Origin: a virus
Direction: 5' to 3' (one strand)
Virus record (IMG/VR): IMGVR_UViG_3300042991_000159
Span: 1-64,000 of that record
Length of the DNA stretch: 64,000 nt
Part shown: one piece after another, positions 46,101 to 56,413 of the stretch
How positions within the stretch are numbered: position 1 is the first letter of the stretch
How the letters are laid out: every line of letters starts with the position of its first letter
The notes under the pieces: model-generated
The model's database searches: none
What the model saw: only the letters and a program-made list of their open reading frames with translations
What the model was told of the DNA's origin: nothing
Position numbers and translations under genes: made by a program

Positions 46101-47399
46101 ATCAGGATGTGTAGATTGATAAACATCAGCAGCATCATAGTATTCCCAATCTCCTTTAGCAGCAGTACCACCTGCTCCTAATCTTGTGATTGCGGCTCCA
46201 TATATCAAAAAATAAGAATCATCTTCCTGATATACACGTGAGATGTTTCTACGGGTTGATAGTTCATTATAGTTAGGCTCAGTGCTTGTAGCATTTGCTC
46301 CACCAAAACGGTAAGCTCTTGCATCAAAATCTACGTTGAAATATTCTTCAACTATGTTTGATGGGAAAAGTATATTATCTTTTGTTTCAAGGAGTCCTGC
46401 TGAAAACAAAATAGTTCCTACCGTTCTAATATCTTCCAGAATTAAACTACCAAGACTTAATCCTGTATCTATAAAGATAATAGTTTCTATATTACCACTG
46501 ATTTCACGTTCATCGAAAATCCTTATCTCTGGATCATTATTGCTTGTTGTATAATGAATTGCAACAATACGTAGTCGAGTATATCCTGTAGAGTTAATAT
46601 CAATAGTTCCCTTTACTGCTTTTCCGGTATCTTCGTCAAGTTCTGAACCACGATAGTTCTCCGAGGTAGTATCAACTTCAGAATAATTTACAAGATTTAT
46701 TAATCCGCTTGTAGGAGAGAATACAGTTTCTGCTCCATGCAACGAATAGAGTTGATAAACGTATTGAATTTTTCCAGCTTTAAGATTACCATTAACAAGT
46801 TCTGTTATAACAGGTGCGGTCATTTCGATATTACCAACTACTTCAAGTTTGTCAACAGACATACTGGTAAGATCATTAGTATCAGCATTATATACTGTAT
46901 TGAGATGTCTAAGTCTATTATACCCGTCAACCCAATACACCTTTTGAACAATAGAACTTTCGTATCTAGCAATACTACTAATAAGATTTCCGGTACATAA
47001 CTCAAGATTACCTTCGTATAACAGATTTCCTCCAAGATGATAATAAGTTTCAGTAAGATTGAGAATACTCGCTAAAGTAAGGGATTCAATATCATCAATA
47101 TCAACTTTCCAAATACGATCTACAGAAGTTAGATTTGGTATAGCAGTATTGTTATCAGTAGTCCAAAGCACTAAATGATCATTCATCACTACATGACCAC
47201 AAATGTAATTGTTAGTTGATCCACTATCAGTATCTAAACGTTGTTGTGTTCCTCTTAAATTCTCTTGAGCACCACCACTTAAACCTTCCTGAGTCACAAT
47301 TCTCATATTACGTGCATCAAAATAATGTACGTTATCGTATTTTTTGATAGAAGAATCTCTATCCATTCCTTGTGAAAAGGTATTCGTTATTGTAGCCAT
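43173..47399 (-). CDS. Tail stabilisation/muzzle protein (crAss-type)
   Basis: NTFSQGMDRD...DARNMRI, GYHRDEIYRFGVVF and FGGDTYI motifs; 1408 aa. Confidence 0.8.
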   Translation of the reverse strand: MATITNTFSQGMDRDSSIKKYDNVHYFDARNMRIVTQEGLSGGAQENLRGTQQRLDTDSGSTNNYICGHVVMNDHLVLWTTDNNTAIPNLTSVDRIWKVDIDDIESLTLASILNLTETYYHLGGNLLYEGNLELCTGNLISSIARYESSIVQKVYWVDGYNRLRHLNTVYNADTNDLTSMSVDKLEVVGNIEMTAPVITELVNGNLKAGKIQYVYQLYSLHGAETVFSPTSGLINLVNYSEVDTTSENYRGSELDEDTGKAVKGTIDINSTGYTRLRIVAIHYTTSNNDPEIRIFDEREISGNIETIIFIDTGLSLGSLILEDIRTVGTILFSAGLLETKDNILFPSNIVEEYFNVDFDARAYRFGGANATSTEPNYNELSTRRNISRVYQEDDSYFLIYGAAITRLGAGGTAAKGDWEYYDAADVYQSTHPDYDQSGYGTAWSIPEDADAINKFNDLDNDGNHEYRYMYQADGIVPGGEGPNVSYKFKIKETTIDEFTGIPQELYTVPEGTVDNPSYEGYASPYNVVNYLGYHRDEIYRFGVVFFDEKGRASFVKWIADIRMPSISTISDVDMYNLTGGSGGVNQEGTIYINYEGPYNDYRIQIRGSDGNIYTFSYDNSITDFDRTMVGNIIRNMIAGHPIVGNDVTQSANVGGLWTIKWDKNPGSYYVNDYGGTYINYTETFAYTPGTAASADHTIAWYDSNVTKGNILHLQFELSNLPSEAESYQIVRVKRESADRTVMAQGIVGPTQTVSGYPRSVNWTIGSSTLDIHTFASPEVAFNKNLTQRSSDRLQEVGEFSTNVAVDTYLTDLILYRYYAVNAMNNPQLPETPGGAGSAAGDENDITSKTTIYDGKIVTQEQVEAIIGTNIFYVNNPTDHTDKGISFVFGADNTSWRSKNTAYDSARKLINYRRNSFSTIYGGLTFNNRKQNTYMVASDIQDIANTSILVFGGDTYIGMFDYLYSSWEQDSATSTQPEVIYFPVETSINLPLRLDNCYHRIFTTSDLIHESAGIWSNGIADDLVQPNDLYRYNTVYSKENDTKIFIQAPFDFVSQLEYPVRTYASDIKTTNELSDSWLNFRVNSYKDVDPQWGEITKLITVNEKLLFFQPRAFGILSVNERALLQTTQISQLSLGTSGVLDRFDYAKTNVGASDKRHVLLTANGLYWIDAINKALYKYTGGPEEVSIMKGMDSYFRSAITTPTHLQLFNDPEFNEIWVNNNVNNWSLVYNELTDAFTGFFDYYPSYVINYRDKVLGSRDHINFFKHNDVYANRGYLYGSYVDSSITLLINPQTDVAIFNNLAWLSELYAPNGTEVDSTFTRFKAWNTYQGTLAAGIALTPNVNVKRRMRKWRYAIPRARYEPDGATAKLRRDSRFRDTHLFIKLTYTNDVNDRRFVAHDIITSYTPSNK

Positions 47400-48136
47400 T
47401 ATAGACCTGCGTTATTATGTAGGATTAATCTTTCTTTCTCCATAGAGTAAATAAATGAAGCATCATGGAAATCAGTGTGGATTTTAAGTCTAAGGTATCT
47501 ATTCTTAATTGATTCCATTTGATCTAGAGATGGGATTTGTGCTTTACTTTGAGCTGCACCTACATACCACATCCTTTCCTGTTCAAGTTTACTATACTTC
47601 TGTTGCGGTAATTTTTCCTGCATCCAGAGTCTGAATCCAATTCGTTCGGCAATATATGCCTGAGTTGCCATTACGAATTTTATATCATCCGGAATCAAAG
47701 GCATACCTAAAGCGTTTGTGGGGAATGCTTGATAATGGAGTTCTACTTCACCTTCCTCGAAAGAGGTGAATATATAGCTGTCGTTGAGAGTGTAAGTGTA
47801 TTGCGATTCTCGAACATATAATTGTTCGGTGTCCTTTACGTAAGTACTTGACTTACAAAGCATCGGCATCTTGGTTTCATAATCTCTCGCAAAACTGACA
47901 GCATGAAGATCAGAAGGTAGCGTTCCTCGGTAGTTACTGATGGTTATTGGTTCAGGCATACCTTCACTTCCATCTGTAACTTTGTCCACAAAAGATTGTG
48001 GAGCACCAATCAAGGACATAACATCCCAAATCCATTCAATTACTTCATCATATTTGATCTCAAGATCGAACCCGTAATCCCTATAGACACGTTCGATTAT
48101 AAAACTTACATCAACATATTTTCCTGTTAGACTCAT
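47399..48136 (-). CDS. Tail ring/tubular protein
   Basis: I.TSFEEG.V.L.Y.A.P....G.PLIPD motif; adjacent to the muzzle gene. Confidence 0.75.
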   Translation of the reverse strand: MSLTGKYVDVSFIIERVYRDYGFDLEIKYDEVIEWIWDVMSLIGAPQSFVDKVTDGSEGMPEPITISNYRGTLPSDLHAVSFARDYETKMPMLCKSSTYVKDTEQLYVRESQYTYTLNDSYIFTSFEEGEVELHYQAFPTNALGMPLIPDDIKFVMATQAYIAERIGFRLWMQEKLPQQKYSKLEQERMWYVGAAQSKAQIPSLDQMESIKNRYLRLKIHTDFHDASFIYSMEKERLILHNNAGL

Positions 48137-48146
48137 GTTTTAATAA

Positions 48147-48473
48147 TTAGAATGATGGTTTGTCTATCCAACTAAACATCTTTGCGTCTTTAGTTGTAAG
48201 TTCTCCTTCTTCTTTTTCATCTCCTCCTTCTTTGAAAGGATTGGTAAGACTGACTTTTTCTTCTCTTTCACTAATGTATTCTCCGGATTCTTTCCCCTCT
48301 TCATCTCTGGGAGTACCGTATTTCTCTTCGACAATTATATATCCACCCTCAACTTTTTTTACTTCAACACTATGATGAATACCTTTCTTATCCCAAGATT
48401 TACGAAAAGTTACAGTTTCTTTACCTTCTTTGTCAATCTCCTTACTGACATTGGTTCTAGTTTTTTCGCTCAT
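48147..48473 (-). CDS. Hypothetical protein
   Basis: ORF in operon. Confidence 0.6.
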   Translation of the reverse strand: MSEKTRTNVSKEIDKEGKETVTFRKSWDKKGIHHSVEVKKVEGGYIIVEEKYGTPRDEEGKESGEYISEREEKVSLTNPFKEGGDEKEEGELTTKDAKMFSWIDKPSF

Positions 48474-48990
48474 AATTCTGATACTTTAGTTTTTGTTCAT
48501 AATAATCTACATCTAAATTTTCATTAAAAATCGCCTCTGACAATTTTCTTTTATTTGCTCTGCTCATGGTGAGAGAATATGCAGTTTGATTAGGAATCCC
48601 ACAAGTACTCTTATCCCAAAACCATTTACAGTTGTAACCACCAAAATGTTTATTTAAGTGGAAAACCAACCTTTTTTCTTTCTTAGCACTCTCGTCCCTT
48701 TCCCAGAGTTCTTTAGTCGATTTCCAATCTGGTCGCAAATATCTTTTATCAATACTTCCATCCGGATTCATCTTCACCTTTATCTTTTGTTTCCTAATGC
48801 CTACAGAACCCAATCTGAAGGGCATGGTGAAGTCTTTTCCCTCTTCGACGATACCTTGTGTCACTTTACCTATAAAGTCTGTCCAAACGTCTCTAAAGAG
48901 CTTAAACGGGACAGGATTATCAGAGTATGATTTATAAAATTTATATGCATCTCTAATACCAAACTTATTTGAGTGTATCGTCTCCATCAT
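48457..48990 (-). CDS. IHF/HU-like protein (crAss structural block)
   Basis: FTMPFRLGSVGIRK, DW..TK.LW and FHLN.H motifs. Confidence 0.75.
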   Translation of the reverse strand: MMETIHSNKFGIRDAYKFYKSYSDNPVPFKLFRDVWTDFIGKVTQGIVEEGKDFTMPFRLGSVGIRKQKIKVKMNPDGSIDKRYLRPDWKSTKELWERDESAKKEKRLVFHLNKHFGGYNCKWFWDKSTCGIPNQTAYSLTMSRANKRKLSEAIFNENLDVDYYEQKLKYQNYERKN

Positions 48991-49669
48991 TTATTTTATC
49001 ACTTGGAGCTTGTGCTTCCATTCCAAGTTTTTCCTTTAAGATTATATTTTCAATATCTTCTTTCATTGATCTGCTTATCGGATAAGCTCTATCATCAGAA
49101 TAAAGAGAATCACCGTTATTATCTAAAAAAGTAGCAACCTGAGAAGGATTCTGAAATACTCCTAGTATATCAATAAATTGAACAGCCTTATGATATGATC
49201 CACTATTGCTAATCAAATATATTTTGTTATCTCTAAGAAAGGCAAAAATGCGATCCTTATTAAATCTCCCGTTTCCTGAATATAGTGCCCTATCGTAACT
49301 AACTAAGTTATAAGGTGTTGCAAGTTTATCAGCAGGTCCAATACGTATGAAAGTTCCTTCATAATTTGTTCTGTCAATCGTAGGAGGAATTTCACGTACT
49401 GTTCTGTACATATAACGACCAGCTTTTATAGTCGAATGAGCAGATGCATCTACCGCTTCAATTTCAAGAGCACCTAAAGATTGAGTATATACATCATCAA
49501 TTACTCTTAAGTTCTTATCAAATTTCTGTTTTAATAATCTTGCACGAGTGCTATGAATCAAATCTTTGATATGGTCTAACGAAATATCGTCGTCGTCAGT
49601 GAGTTTCCCCCTGACGACTTCGAATATTCCGTATGCAATTTGGTTAAGTGTTACGTTGTGTAATTCCAT
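48965..49669 (-). CDS. Tail ring protein
   Basis: Motifs R..L..Q, IPPTI, GVFQNP, YPI; position in the ring block. Confidence 0.7.
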   Translation of the reverse strand: MELHNVTLNQIAYGIFEVVRGKLTDDDDISLDHIKDLIHSTRARLLKQKFDKNLRVIDDVYTQSLGALEIEAVDASAHSTIKAGRYMYRTVREIPPTIDRTNYEGTFIRIGPADKLATPYNLVSYDRALYSGNGRFNKDRIFAFLRDNKIYLISNSGSYHKAVQFIDILGVFQNPSQVATFLDNNGDSLYSDDRAYPISRSMKEDIENIILKEKLGMEAQAPSDKINDGDDTLK

Positions 49670-49978
49670 TTATTTTTCTTTAAACTTTTTATAAAGAGTA
49701 TATTGAGCAAAAGTTAATTCCTCTTTTTCATTTAGTTTATCTAAAGCGGCAACTAATAAATCTTTTTGGACTTTTGTAAACTTAAAAGGAATTGGTTTTG
49801 CACCTTCAGCATTCCAACGAATGTTGTTACTTTCTTGTTTAATTTCAAACTTTATGATCTCTTCTTCACTAGGATAAAGTACACTCCTAAGAGCCTCGAT
49901 AGTTTTCATCGTTTCAAAATTTCCTTTTTCAGGAAGTAAATTTACAGCAGTTAGCCTTTCTTGAACATTTAGTTCCAT
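49670..49978 (-). CDS. Hypothetical protein
   Basis: ORF in operon. Confidence 0.65.
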   Translation of the reverse strand: MELNVQERLTAVNLLPEKGNFETMKTIEALRSVLYPSEEEIIKFEIKQESNNIRWNAEGAKPIPFKFTKVQKDLLVAALDKLNEKEELTFAQYTLYKKFKEK

Positions 49979-49994
49979 AATTCTCCTTTTTTAA

Positions 49995-50276
49995 TTAAAA
50001 CTTAATCATATAATTAGTACCACAAATATTATTAATATGTTGTGCTACATCTCTTGCTTCTTCGGTAGTGAAGAAGTTTACGTTTTCGTAATCATCTGTA
50101 TCGAAATAATCAACCAGTATTCTTACGAGATATTTTAAAATACGAAATTTCATTTCATAACAAAGCAAATCAGTTCTTCCAAGTCGCTGTGCATTAGCGA
50201 GATTGCTTCCATAATCAACGAACACACTTCTAATGTTATACAGGAAAGCGTTGATTTCTTCAGTTGTTGCAGCCAT
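49995..50276 (-). CDS. Hypothetical structural-block protein
   Basis: ORF in operon. Confidence 0.65.
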   Translation of the reverse strand: MAATTEEINAFLYNIRSVFVDYGSNLANAQRLGRTDLLCYEMKFRILKYLVRILVDYFDTDDYENVNFFTTEEARDVAQHINNICGTNYMIKF

Positions 50277-50342
50277 AGATATTCAAATTATTAGTAAAAT
50301 TAGTAAAATTATTCGATATAATTATAATTAGATTCATAAAGA

Positions 50343-50618
50343 CTAACTATTAGATTCAAATAATGTATCAGGTAATACTGAAGTATCAACAGCTAAAGCT
50401 AAAGCTATAACCTTTTTGAAAAACGCTTTAATTATAGTAAGGTTAGTAGTGGAAGCGTTTGCGATCTCTTCAGTTAAATCGACTGATACTGTTATCACTT
50501 TATCAGTACTTCCCATAATATTAATGGTCACAAGAGCTGTTTTTTCTTCTATTAAAAAAGTCACTTCTTTTATGAGATGAGATTCTTCTACTTGTGGGAT
50601 TATCTTATTTATTATCAT
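50343..50618 (-). CDS. Hypothetical protein (possible fibre chaperone)
   Basis: ATGA-coupled to the tail fibre gene. Confidence 0.55.
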   Translation of the reverse strand: MIINKIIPQVEESHLIKEVTFLIEEKTALVTINIMGSTDKVITVSVDLTEEIANASTTNLTIIKAFFKKVIALALAVDTSVLPDTLFESNS

Positions 50619-53600
50619 TTTGTTAAATTTTTAATTATGCTTTTAAGTTCTCTTATTTCTTTTTTCAATTTATTGATCTCAAAATTATGATCTTTTACTC
50701 CTTCTACAAGTAAAGCGCAAACAGCACGATCGTCAATGTTATAATAACCTGTATCTGCTATTTCCATAACTGCTTCAGGAAGAACTTCCATTAAATCTTG
50801 TGCTATAACAGATGCTCTCCTTCCGATCATTGATTGACCTGTAATACGACTTCCAAGTTCATTATATTGATATGTAATACCCTTTAATCCGAGTAATCTA
50901 CCCATTGGATTAAGAATGGGTTGAATATCATTTTTAAACCTGATATCAGATGATTCTGCTACTACTCCTATTTCTTCCCATGAATTATTATTAGTAACCA
51001 ATCTATACGATTTTGAATTCGGAGATTTTGCCGCCATAGCTAATACAGAAGCATAAAGACCTGAATAATAATAAGAACTTGATCCAAGCGATAATCCGCT
51101 TGCTGTATTTGGTCTTAGATATGTTCCATCAAGATATAATTCAGCTGTCCCTGCAACATAAAATATATGTCTTGTACTTGCAAGACTCCATCCAGACCTG
51201 TATGTTGCAGTAGAATCATATATTCCAAATAACATTTCCCCGGCATTGTTGCTACCAAATCTATTAATGTTTATTTGGGCAATACGTTTATCGGTATAAG
51301 AAGAAGCTTCGTTATGAAACGAAAATCCAGTAACCCATGTATCTGTTGTCTGATTCCCTCCCATCTCTATAGAGGTATTGGTAGCTGTTCCTGTTTTTGC
51401 AAGTGTTATAGTTCCTTCAAATGATGAAATATATTGAGTTGTTTTGTCTCCTATTATTAAATAGCTTCCAGTAACTAATACATTTTGTGCAGCTGTTACC
51501 TGTATAGCTTCAGTAAGTGTACCTGAAGTATTAGCTGTATAAAATCTAAGTTTACCAGCATCATTATCTCCATCTCTTTCTGCTCTTATTAGTGCTATTC
51601 TTTCATTAGTTACAGCTGATGCTGTATTACAAAAACTTACATCAGCAACAGCAAGTGCATCACTTGTGTTATTCCCGACTATTATAATTCCTGCCGATTC
51701 AGAAGTTCCCGTAGCTGCTACCTGTATATAATTAGTAACTGTATTGGCTATTAAACTCCCCGTATCACCTACTCGCAGATTATCGGAAACATACATTACA
51801 GTCCCATCAAAAGAACAATTTGCTTCTGCATTAAGAGCGTCTGTTGTTGCTGTTGCTGTAACAATCCTGTTGTTTGCTTGGTTCGCTACAGAAACACCAC
51901 CTCCTCCGCTTGCTTCGATAACATTCCCAGAAGCATCAACCGCCAGATAATATGCTACTGTTCCTGTATATGTACCAACTCCATATTGAACTAAATCCAG
52001 ATCACCATATAATGCGTTCCCTGTTGCAGTAGTGGCAAGCATTCCTGTATTATTATAATACAATGTTGTAGCCCCATTTGCAACTGCTGAAATAAAAGCA
52101 TCTGACACATTTACATACATTGTAAATGTACCAGTTGTGTATGCTTGTAACGATGAACTACCAAGATATACAGCTGTTCCTCCTGTGTTTATTCCTAAAT
52201 CTGTTCCGTTATAAGTGAGTCCATTATTTCCTTCAATGGTAGAACCGTCTGTCCATACGGCAACATAATTATTAGCAGGAGTACCTGATATCTGAACACC
52301 ACCAGATGTACCATATGTAAGTAATCCAGTAGTAGTATTGTAATAAACTACGTTAGTTTCTGATCCTTTAGCTAATAATGCTCCGGCTCCTCCTGTACCA
52401 AAATAAAGTTGACCAACAGTAGAACCAACAGATGTTCCACCATAAAAATAAATATTACCTCCTCTTCCACCACCTACTCCTACTGATGCTCCTGAACCAA
52501 ATGTTAAATCTCCTCCTGTATGCGCTGGATTTGTACTTGATGTAGCTCCACTTGTAAATGTAACGTGTAATCCAGATGCTGATGTAACAGAATTTACATT
52601 AGTATAAAAATAACTACCATCATTAACGAATGAAAATCCAGCAGTAAAACCAGTAGCATATATACCCAATGAAGATATAAAGTTAGTTGAAGTGTTATTA
52701 AACCTTAATCTTTCAACTGAATTTTGATAATATGAAAGATAATCACCTGCATTATATGCAAAATAATTTGTAGCATCTGAAAATTGTAATTGTTCACCTA
52801 CTGCAAGTCTTACATCATCTCCAGAAACTGATGGGGAAATAACATTAGAAGTTACTGTCCAAGGAGATGCTCCTGAAGTACTGGTACTTAAAGAAGTCCA
52901 ACCACCATTTATATAAGCTCTAAACTGATGATCAGTAGAATCATAAGCAATGGTTCCATTTACTACAGTAGTAAGATTTGTATCCGGATCAGTATCACTC
53001 ATTATTCTTACTCCCATAAGAAGTCCTGCATGAAGTACCGTAGTACCTCCAAACATTACCTTAAATGAGTTAGCGTTTGCATTTGTGGGAGTGCTTCCAT
53101 ACCCCATTATAATTGAACCTCCACCAGTAGCTACACAATCATATCCATAAGCTGCTGCTCCTGCTGCTGAAGATAGAGCTTGTGCTCCTATTGCTACTGT
53201 ATTGGCTGCTGTTGGTCTTGCCCAATATCCCACACCAGTAGAATAATCTCCAGTAGCTGTTGTGCTTGTACCTATTCCTACGCTACTATTCCCGGCAGCA
53301 GTACCACTTCTTCCTATACTCATAGCGTGATGTCCCATACTTGCTGTTGAAAAGTTTCCTTGCATTTTAATTATAGGAGCCAATACACCGGCAGAAACAG
53401 ATTGTATTTGAAATAAAGAATCTTCACTTCCCGGTGCAGAAACATCTACTAATACGTGCTCTATTCTTACTACTTCATAAGAACCTGAATCATCCTCCAC
53501 AGAAAGAGTTATGTATCCTCCTATTCCATCACCAGCTGTACCTGAAGTGGTTCTTCTAAATTCTGCTATCTCAATCGAGGTATTAGTTGAGGCATCATCT

Positions 53601-54391
53601 ATAATATAAGGGAAAAGTGAAAGAGAAGCAGAAAGGCTGGCCACCGATCTCTTAGTTACTAATCCAGTTGAATCATCAATAGCCAATATATGATCTTCTG
53701 CATCATCTGAACCCAAAGCAGGAATATAAACAACCCCGGTTTCTCTAATATCAAATGTAAGTGTATTAGTTGCATTTGCTACTCTTACTGTACTTGTAAG
53801 ATTACTGTTAGTATCTCTAATAGATAAAAAAGTAGTACCGGAAGAATAGTCTCCTATTACTACAATTGGGGATGTTGCAGAAGAAGATAAAAATAAAATA
53901 TTAGGAGATGTAATATGACCATTATTAGAAGAGGTTGTAGTTAAATTAAGACCTAATATAGAATTATACTGTAGTCTAAGTTCTCCTGTATCAGTAGCAC
54001 CACCATTAATTGTTAAACAATGATCCGTACTATCCCATACTAAATTGGCGTCTGATTGAATATCTCCTGAAGCAGAACCAAAAACAAGATATTGATTAGT
54101 TGCTGTTCCCCAAGATACATCTCCATAACCTAATCCAGCAAGATAATCAACTACTGCACCCGAAGTTGGAATATGAGTATCGTCATCTGTAATAGTAGTT
54201 TCAATAGTATCTACGAATGCACCCGAAGTAAGTGCCATTCCACTCGAAGTAAGTGTCATGACATTTACCGAGTTTGCGTATATATCAAGAGTTCCTGCGG
54301 AAGTTTCTGTTATATACGATGTTGTACTTGCAAAAATTAAATTGCACGCAGCATTCGTAAGTTGAATACTTGATTCTATAGGAATTGCCAT
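50615..54391 (-). CDS. Tail fibre/spike with YadA-like repeats and a C-terminal peptidase S74 chaperone domain
   Basis: A.G..S.[AG][IV]G repeats; SSDIRFKNDIQPI autocleavage motif followed by a coiled coil. Confidence 0.85.
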   Translation of the reverse strand: MAIPIESSIQLTNAACNLIFASTTSYITETSAGTLDIYANSVNVMTLTSSGMALTSGAFVDTIETTITDDDTHIPTSGAVVDYLAGLGYGDVSWGTATNQYLVFGSASGDIQSDANLVWDSTDHCLTINGGATDTGELRLQYNSILGLNLTTTSSNNGHITSPNILFLSSSATSPIVVIGDYSSGTTFLSIRDTNSNLTSTVRVANATNTLTFDIRETGVVYIPALGSDDAEDHILAIDDSTGLVTKRSVASLSASLSLFPYIIDDASTNTSIEIAEFRRTTSGTAGDGIGGYITLSVEDDSGSYEVVRIEHVLVDVSAPGSEDSLFQIQSVSAGVLAPIIKMQGNFSTASMGHHAMSIGRSGTAAGNSSVGIGTSTTATGDYSTGVGYWARPTAANTVAIGAQALSSAAGAAAYGYDCVATGGGSIIMGYGSTPTNANANSFKVMFGGTTVLHAGLLMGVRIMSDTDPDTNLTTVVNGTIAYDSTDHQFRAYINGGWTSLSTSTSGASPWTVTSNVISPSVSGDDVRLAVGEQLQFSDATNYFAYNAGDYLSYYQNSVERLRFNNTSTNFISSLGIYATGFTAGFSFVNDGSYFYTNVNSVTSASGLHVTFTSGATSSTNPAHTGGDLTFGSGASVGVGGGRGGNIYFYGGTSVGSTVGQLYFGTGGAGALLAKGSETNVVYYNTTTGLLTYGTSGGVQISGTPANNYVAVWTDGSTIEGNNGLTYNGTDLGINTGGTAVYLGSSSLQAYTTGTFTMYVNVSDAFISAVANGATTLYYNNTGMLATTATGNALYGDLDLVQYGVGTYTGTVAYYLAVDASGNVIEASGGGGVSVANQANNRIVTATATTDALNAEANCSFDGTVMYVSDNLRVGDTGSLIANTVTNYIQVAATGTSESAGIIIVGNNTSDALAVADVSFCNTASAVTNERIALIRAERDGDNDAGKLRFYTANTSGTLTEAIQVTAAQNVLVTGSYLIIGDKTTQYISSFEGTITLAKTGTATNTSIEMGGNQTTDTWVTGFSFHNEASSYTDKRIAQININRFGSNNAGEMLFGIYDSTATYRSGWSLASTRHIFYVAGTAELYLDGTYLRPNTASGLSLGSSSYYYSGLYASVLAMAAKSPNSKSYRLVTNNNSWEEIGVVAESSDIRFKNDIQPILNPMGRLLGLKGITYQYNELGSRITGQSMIGRRASVIAQDLMEVLPEAVMEIADTGYYNIDDRAVCALLVEGVKDHNFEINKLKKEIRELKSIIKNLTK

Positions 54392-54397
54392 ATGTTC

Positions 54398-56401
54398 TTA
54401 TTCTTGTATAGCTGCTACTATATATCTGAAAGTTCCGATACTTGGATTCAGTGCTGCTGCACCAAACGAAACTGTTACAGTATCAAGAGTAGCTGCTGTT
54501 ATTTCAACTGCAACTTGTTTATTATCTGATTGTCTCCATATTTGAACAATCACATCGGTTATTTCAGTTAGATTAAAGTTGTGAGTAATTGTTGGAGATG
54601 CACCTAAGCCAAGATCACCTGCTGCAATTTTAGCATATCCTGCTGTATTTAAGGTTGCTTCTAACGCTGTAGAGAGTTGTGCAAAGGTAATCTTTCTATT
54701 TGCAGCAGCAGTAACATCATAAAAAGGAATTGTATCAGTAGATGCGATTGCAGATTCCCCTGTAAGTTCATTAATGTCAAGATCAATAGTAGCAGAAGAA
54801 GCAATGTTAGTTCCACCAGTACTATATGACAAACCAGAACCTGCTGTAATAGTTACGCTTGTGTGATTAATGTGTTCATTAGCAACGAAATCTGAGAAAC
54901 CATTATGGAATGCTCCACCAGCATATGCAACAACACCAACACCGCCAACAGTAGTCGCTGCATTAAGATTAAACGTAGGAGTTGTACCAGCAGTCAGTGT
55001 AGCAAAAGTTGTATAAGAAACACCGTCTGTATCATACGCTTGAAACAATAATGTATTTGTAGCAACCAAAGATGTTCGAATAGCTCCACCTGCTGCAAGA
55101 ACTACGTTACTTGACCAAGACACATCAGTACCATTAGAAGTTAAAACAGTTCCAGCACCACCAATCACAAGTTCATCCCACAATGGAGTCGAATTACCAT
55201 AGATAAGAGAACCACGAGATACAGCTTGTGTAACGGTATCAGGGTGTTCACTTCCGTTAAGCAAATTATGATTACCAATACCTGAAGAGGGAGTAAACGC
55301 TTCCCAAGCGGTTCCACCCGCATTAAGTCTAATACTCTGACCATTACCAACTTGTAAAGCTACAAGTGTATCAGCAGCATTAGCTACAAGAATACTATCT
55401 TCTGTAATTGTATTCGGTATTGTCAATGTACTCCATGCAGGAGCAGTTGCACTACCTGCTGATCTCAAGAATGAACCTGCTGGAACAGCAGCCAATCTTG
55501 ATAGAGCACTTGTTGTACTTGCATAAAGTAAATCACCAATAGCGTATGTTCCTTGTCCTGTACCACCTCTACTAGCAGCTAATGTACCTGACCATCCAAG
55601 AGTTAGAGAAGTAGCCTGTAAAAGAGCACTTGCAGGAGTTCCACCCAACGTAAGAGTTACGTTTGTATCATCTGTCTTAGTTAAAGCTGATGCAGTATAT
55701 AAGTTGTTGTTGAAGTTTGAAAGACTGTACGTAGCTGGATTAATAAATTCAAGAGCATTAGGCGAAGAATTTACCATAACCATATATCCACCTGCTCCTG
55801 TATAAACAGAAGGTGTATCACCAAGCTCAAGGAAAGTCTCGTTCCATTCTCTCGCTACAATAGTCCATTCAGCAAGTGTTGTAGGAGCATCGTTCTCAGC
55901 AATCAAAACATCTCCAATAGCAAGAACATCTGTAAAAAAAGTACCTGCTACTGTAACAGTGTACATATATCCTTTAAGAACACCTGTACCTGCTTCAAGA
56001 TCGGGAGTATTAGTTGAAGCGTTATACCCACCTTGATAATTTACACCACCAGAGATAGCAGATGCAATCGCTTCACGAATACCTTGTTCTGTAACAACAG
56101 ATGTATCATCTCCTGTTACTCCAACAGTTGTCTTAAGTTGAAGACCTGTTGATAGTTTATTACCAATAGTACCACTCCATTGAGGGATATAAGTATTGGT
56201 TGTAGTAGCTGGACCTTGCACCAAAGAGTTCCAAAGACTATCATTGTTATTATAGACCTTTAGATCATAGGTTGAGCTATCCCACCACATCATACCACCT
56301 AAACCTGATGCGTTAGTAGGAGCTGATCCCGAACTATGAGTAACGAAATTCAGAATCTGAAAATCGTTCATGTCTATTGATTGTACGTAGGGAATTGCCA
56401 T
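54398..56401 (-). CDS. Tail fibre/structural protein
   Basis: Thr/Gly/Ala-rich; YQGGYNASTNTP, GGTGQ..Y..GDLLYA and ITHNFN motifs. Confidence 0.75.
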   Translation of the reverse strand: MAIPYVQSIDMNDFQILNFVTHSSGSAPTNASGLGGMMWWDSSTYDLKVYNNNDSLWNSLVQGPATTTNTYIPQWSGTIGNKLSTGLQLKTTVGVTGDDTSVVTEQGIREAIASAISGGVNYQGGYNASTNTPDLEAGTGVLKGYMYTVTVAGTFFTDVLAIGDVLIAENDAPTTLAEWTIVAREWNETFLELGDTPSVYTGAGGYMVMVNSSPNALEFINPATYSLSNFNNNLYTASALTKTDDTNVTLTLGGTPASALLQATSLTLGWSGTLAASRGGTGQGTYAIGDLLYASTTSALSRLAAVPAGSFLRSAGSATAPAWSTLTIPNTITEDSILVANAADTLVALQVGNGQSIRLNAGGTAWEAFTPSSGIGNHNLLNGSEHPDTVTQAVSRGSLIYGNSTPLWDELVIGGAGTVLTSNGTDVSWSSNVVLAAGGAIRTSLVATNTLLFQAYDTDGVSYTTFATLTAGTTPTFNLNAATTVGGVGVVAYAGGAFHNGFSDFVANEHINHTSVTITAGSGLSYSTGGTNIASSATIDLDINELTGESAIASTDTIPFYDVTAAANRKITFAQLSTALEATLNTAGYAKIAAGDLGLGASPTITHNFNLTEITDVIVQIWRQSDNKQVAVEITAATLDTVTVSFGAAALNPSIGTFRYIVAAIQE

Positions 56402-56413
56402 TTTCTTGTTTGT